64,000 nt of DNA, from the NCBI GenBank assembly GCA_965230295.1, contig OZ246001.1:1248001-1312000 (forward strand), given 5' to 3'. The position numbers were made by a program, and so were the translations under genes. The notes beneath the pieces were generated by a model. The model was not told the DNA's origin. It saw only the letters and a list, made by a program, of their open reading frames with translations, and searched no databases. This stretch comes from Marinicella sp. (GTDB lineage: Bacteria; Pseudomonadota; Gammaproteobacteria; Xanthomonadales; Marinicellaceae). Each line of letters starts with the position of its first letter. The stretch's first letter is position 1. Shown here piece by piece: positions 62,081-64,000 of this stretch.

Positions 62081-63331
62081 TTACAATTGCTTCGATTTAC
62101 TTGTCACTCGATCTGAAAAGACCCAGCCATCTAAGACATTCTCAGGCTTATCTTGCGATGCTGCGTAAGTCAATTCGACCACCCGTGCTTTGGCACCTTT
62201 CTCTATTCCGGCCAGGCGAACACCACTGGCTTGGTTACCACCTTTGATGGCTTGTAACCATAGCCAGGTACCCACATGTGGATGTTCAGGAGTACAACAC
62301 ACATTGCGCTGTTGGTGCTTTAGCCTTTGGCTGTATTCCAACATTTTCAGTTCTTGTTGAGGTTTGATTTCGGCATGACTGTCAGAACCTATGGCCCAAT
62401 TGCCATTCAGTCCCATATATGCAGGCATGGGAAAAATGCCATCACCCAAGTTGGCTTCAGTTAATGGACATATCACCACCACGGCACCGCTGTTGGCAAT
62501 CAACTCAACCTCACGATCATTCAGGTGGGTGGCATGTACCAGACTCCAGCGTTGGTCTACCTTGAAGTGTTGGTACAACCACTCAACCGGCCTGAGCCCA
62601 TGAAATGCCAATGATTGATCAATTTCAGCCTGTTGTTCAGCAATGTGTAAATGAATGGGCACATCATCAGGTAAAGCATCAATCACGGCCTGCATTTGTT
62701 GCTGATTAACCGCTCTGATGGAATGAAAGCAGATGCCCAGGTTTTGATCTTCACCCAATTGAGTCGCTAAATGATTGAACAGGCTGACATATTCATCAAC
62801 AGACAGTTCAAAGCGTTTTTGTAGTGGATTCAATGGCTGATCACCAACCGCAGAGAATGCATATAGCACCGGCAATAAGGTGATGGGCAAACCAACCTCA
62901 GCCGCGGCTTTTAACAACAATTCTGAATGGCTGATGAAGTCATTCGGGTTGTCTTTACTGCGATGAACATAATGGAACTCACAGACCGAAGCATAGCCGG
63001 CATCAAGCATCTCCTGATAACAGTTTTTCGCCACTTGATACAAACTTTCATGATCCATTTCATTGGCCAACTGGTACATCAGTTCACGCCAAGACCAAAA
63101 ACTGTCTTGACTCTGTTGGCTCTTGTATTCGCTGTGTCCAGCCATGGCCCTTTGAAACACATGTGAATGGACATTGGGCATGGCAGGCATGACCACGCCC
63201 AGCTGAGTGTCCTGTGCCTGGCTTTTGGTGTCACATTCAATGGTGACAAAACAACCCTGTTCTACAACGACCCGAACATTGGTTTGCCAGCCATCAGGTA
63301 ATAAAGCTGATTTGAAAAAATAACTGTTCAT
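62081..63331 (-). CDS. hutF: Formimidoylglutamate deiminase
   Basis: PNVHSHVFQRAMAG, DSFWSWR, EFHYVH, HSIRAV, HIAEQ, TEANLGDG and GSDS. Confidence 0.92.
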   Translation of the reverse strand: MNSYFFKSALLPDGWQTNVRVVVEQGCFVTIECDTKSQAQDTQLGVVMPAMPNVHSHVFQRAMAGHSEYKSQQSQDSFWSWRELMYQLANEMDHESLYQVAKNCYQEMLDAGYASVCEFHYVHRSKDNPNDFISHSELLLKAAAEVGLPITLLPVLYAFSAVGDQPLNPLQKRFELSVDEYVSLFNHLATQLGEDQNLGICFHSIRAVNQQQMQAVIDALPDDVPIHLHIAEQQAEIDQSLAFHGLRPVEWLYQHFKVDQRWSLVHATHLNDREVELIANSGAVVVICPLTEANLGDGIFPMPAYMGLNGNWAIGSDSHAEIKPQQELKMLEYSQRLKHQQRNVCCTPEHPHVGTWLWLQAIKGGNQASGVRLAGIEKGAKARVVELTYAASQDKPENVLDGWVFSDRVTSKSKQL

Positions 63332-63394
63332 CAAGGACTAATTTTTAGATAATGACTCAAACCAGAACTGTAGGCCAATCGGCCTGTGAACACA

Positions 63395-64000
63395 ATGAAA
63401 AAAAACTGTGATTTACTGATTCACCATGCCCGACTCATCACCTGCGCTGATAATGGCCGCCCTTTTGGCCTGATAGAAGATGCCACGGTGGCCTGTGAGG
63501 GTGGTCGGATCATCGAAATGGGCCCCACTTCACAGCTTACAGGATACAGCAGCGCGCAAGAAATTGACGCCAGTGGCCAGGTGGTCACCCCTGGTTTGAT
63601 TGATTGTCACACCCACTTGGTGTTTGGCGGTTCCAGAGCCAATGAATTTGCCATGCGCTTGACTGGCGCCAGTTATGAGGACATTGCCCGGGCCGGTGGT
63701 GGCATCCTATCCACGGTAAAAGCCACCCGGGCGGCGCATTTGGAATCCCTGATTGAAGACACGGTCGAGCGGCTAGAGCACCTGAAATCTCAAGGTGTCA
63801 TGACGGTTGAAATCAAATCGGGTTATGGCTTGGATTTTGACAATGAGCTAAAAATGCTGGCAGCAGCCAAAGCAGCTGGTGAACAAACGGGTATTACCGT
63901 CAAAACCACTTTGCTGGCTGCCCATGCATTACCTCCCGAATATGCCAATGATGCTGATGGATACATCGACATGATTTGCCAAAAGATCATCCCTCATGTG
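63395..64000 (+). CDS. hutI: Imidazolonepropionase (3' end runs off the window)
   Basis: Not in the ORF track. ATG 63395 opens a frame with TPGLIDCHTHLVFGG.RANEF..RL.GASYE.IA..GGGI and EIKSGYGL. Confidence 0.93.
   Translation, partial: MKKNCDLLIHHARLITCADNGRPFGLIEDATVACEGGRIIEMGPTSQLTGYSSAQEIDASGQVVTPGLIDCHTHLVFGGSRANEFAMRLTGASYEDIARAGGGILSTVKATRAAHLESLIEDTVERLEHLKSQGVMTVEIKSGYGLDFDNELKMLAAAKAAGEQTGITVKTTLLAAHALPPEYANDADGYIDMICQKIIPHV

Overview
Gene-dense chromosomal window from a Gammaproteobacterium. Gene content and style suggest a marine, Xanthomonadales/Marinicella-like organism, which is inference and not verified. Most of it is housekeeping: mpl (partial), uppP, hrpA, petABC-sspAB, a DegS-like protease, zipA-ligA, ftsB-ispD-ispF, folK, rluE, aroK-aroB-SPOR protein, hutF and hutI (partial), plus transporters and hydrolases. 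I saw no rRNA, tRNA, CRISPR array, transposase or phage gene. Five items stand out. (1) A translationally coupled gene pair at 7993-11258 encodes an HTH fused to an apparently inactive STAND-like ATPase, and a membrane protein with an exported pilin-like head and an intact STAND ATPase; a second orphan pilin-head protein lies 3 kb away. This is a candidate uncharacterised transmembrane signalling system. (2) Five signal-peptide proteins from four unrelated families share a C-terminal D-x-[IL]-[FY]-x-x-[GSN]-F tail, a candidate sorting/anchoring signal. (3) A four-gene A1-B-A2-B array of paralogous secreted proteins at 38065-40570 has an exact 632-bp duplication of B while the A genes have diverged. 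(4) A stand-alone B12/radical-SAM enzyme carries two RRE-like N-terminal modules. (5) A 20-bp palindromic insertion scar appears to have rewritten a protein C-terminus, and several REP-like elements are present. All family assignments come from motif recognition by eye; no database search was run.
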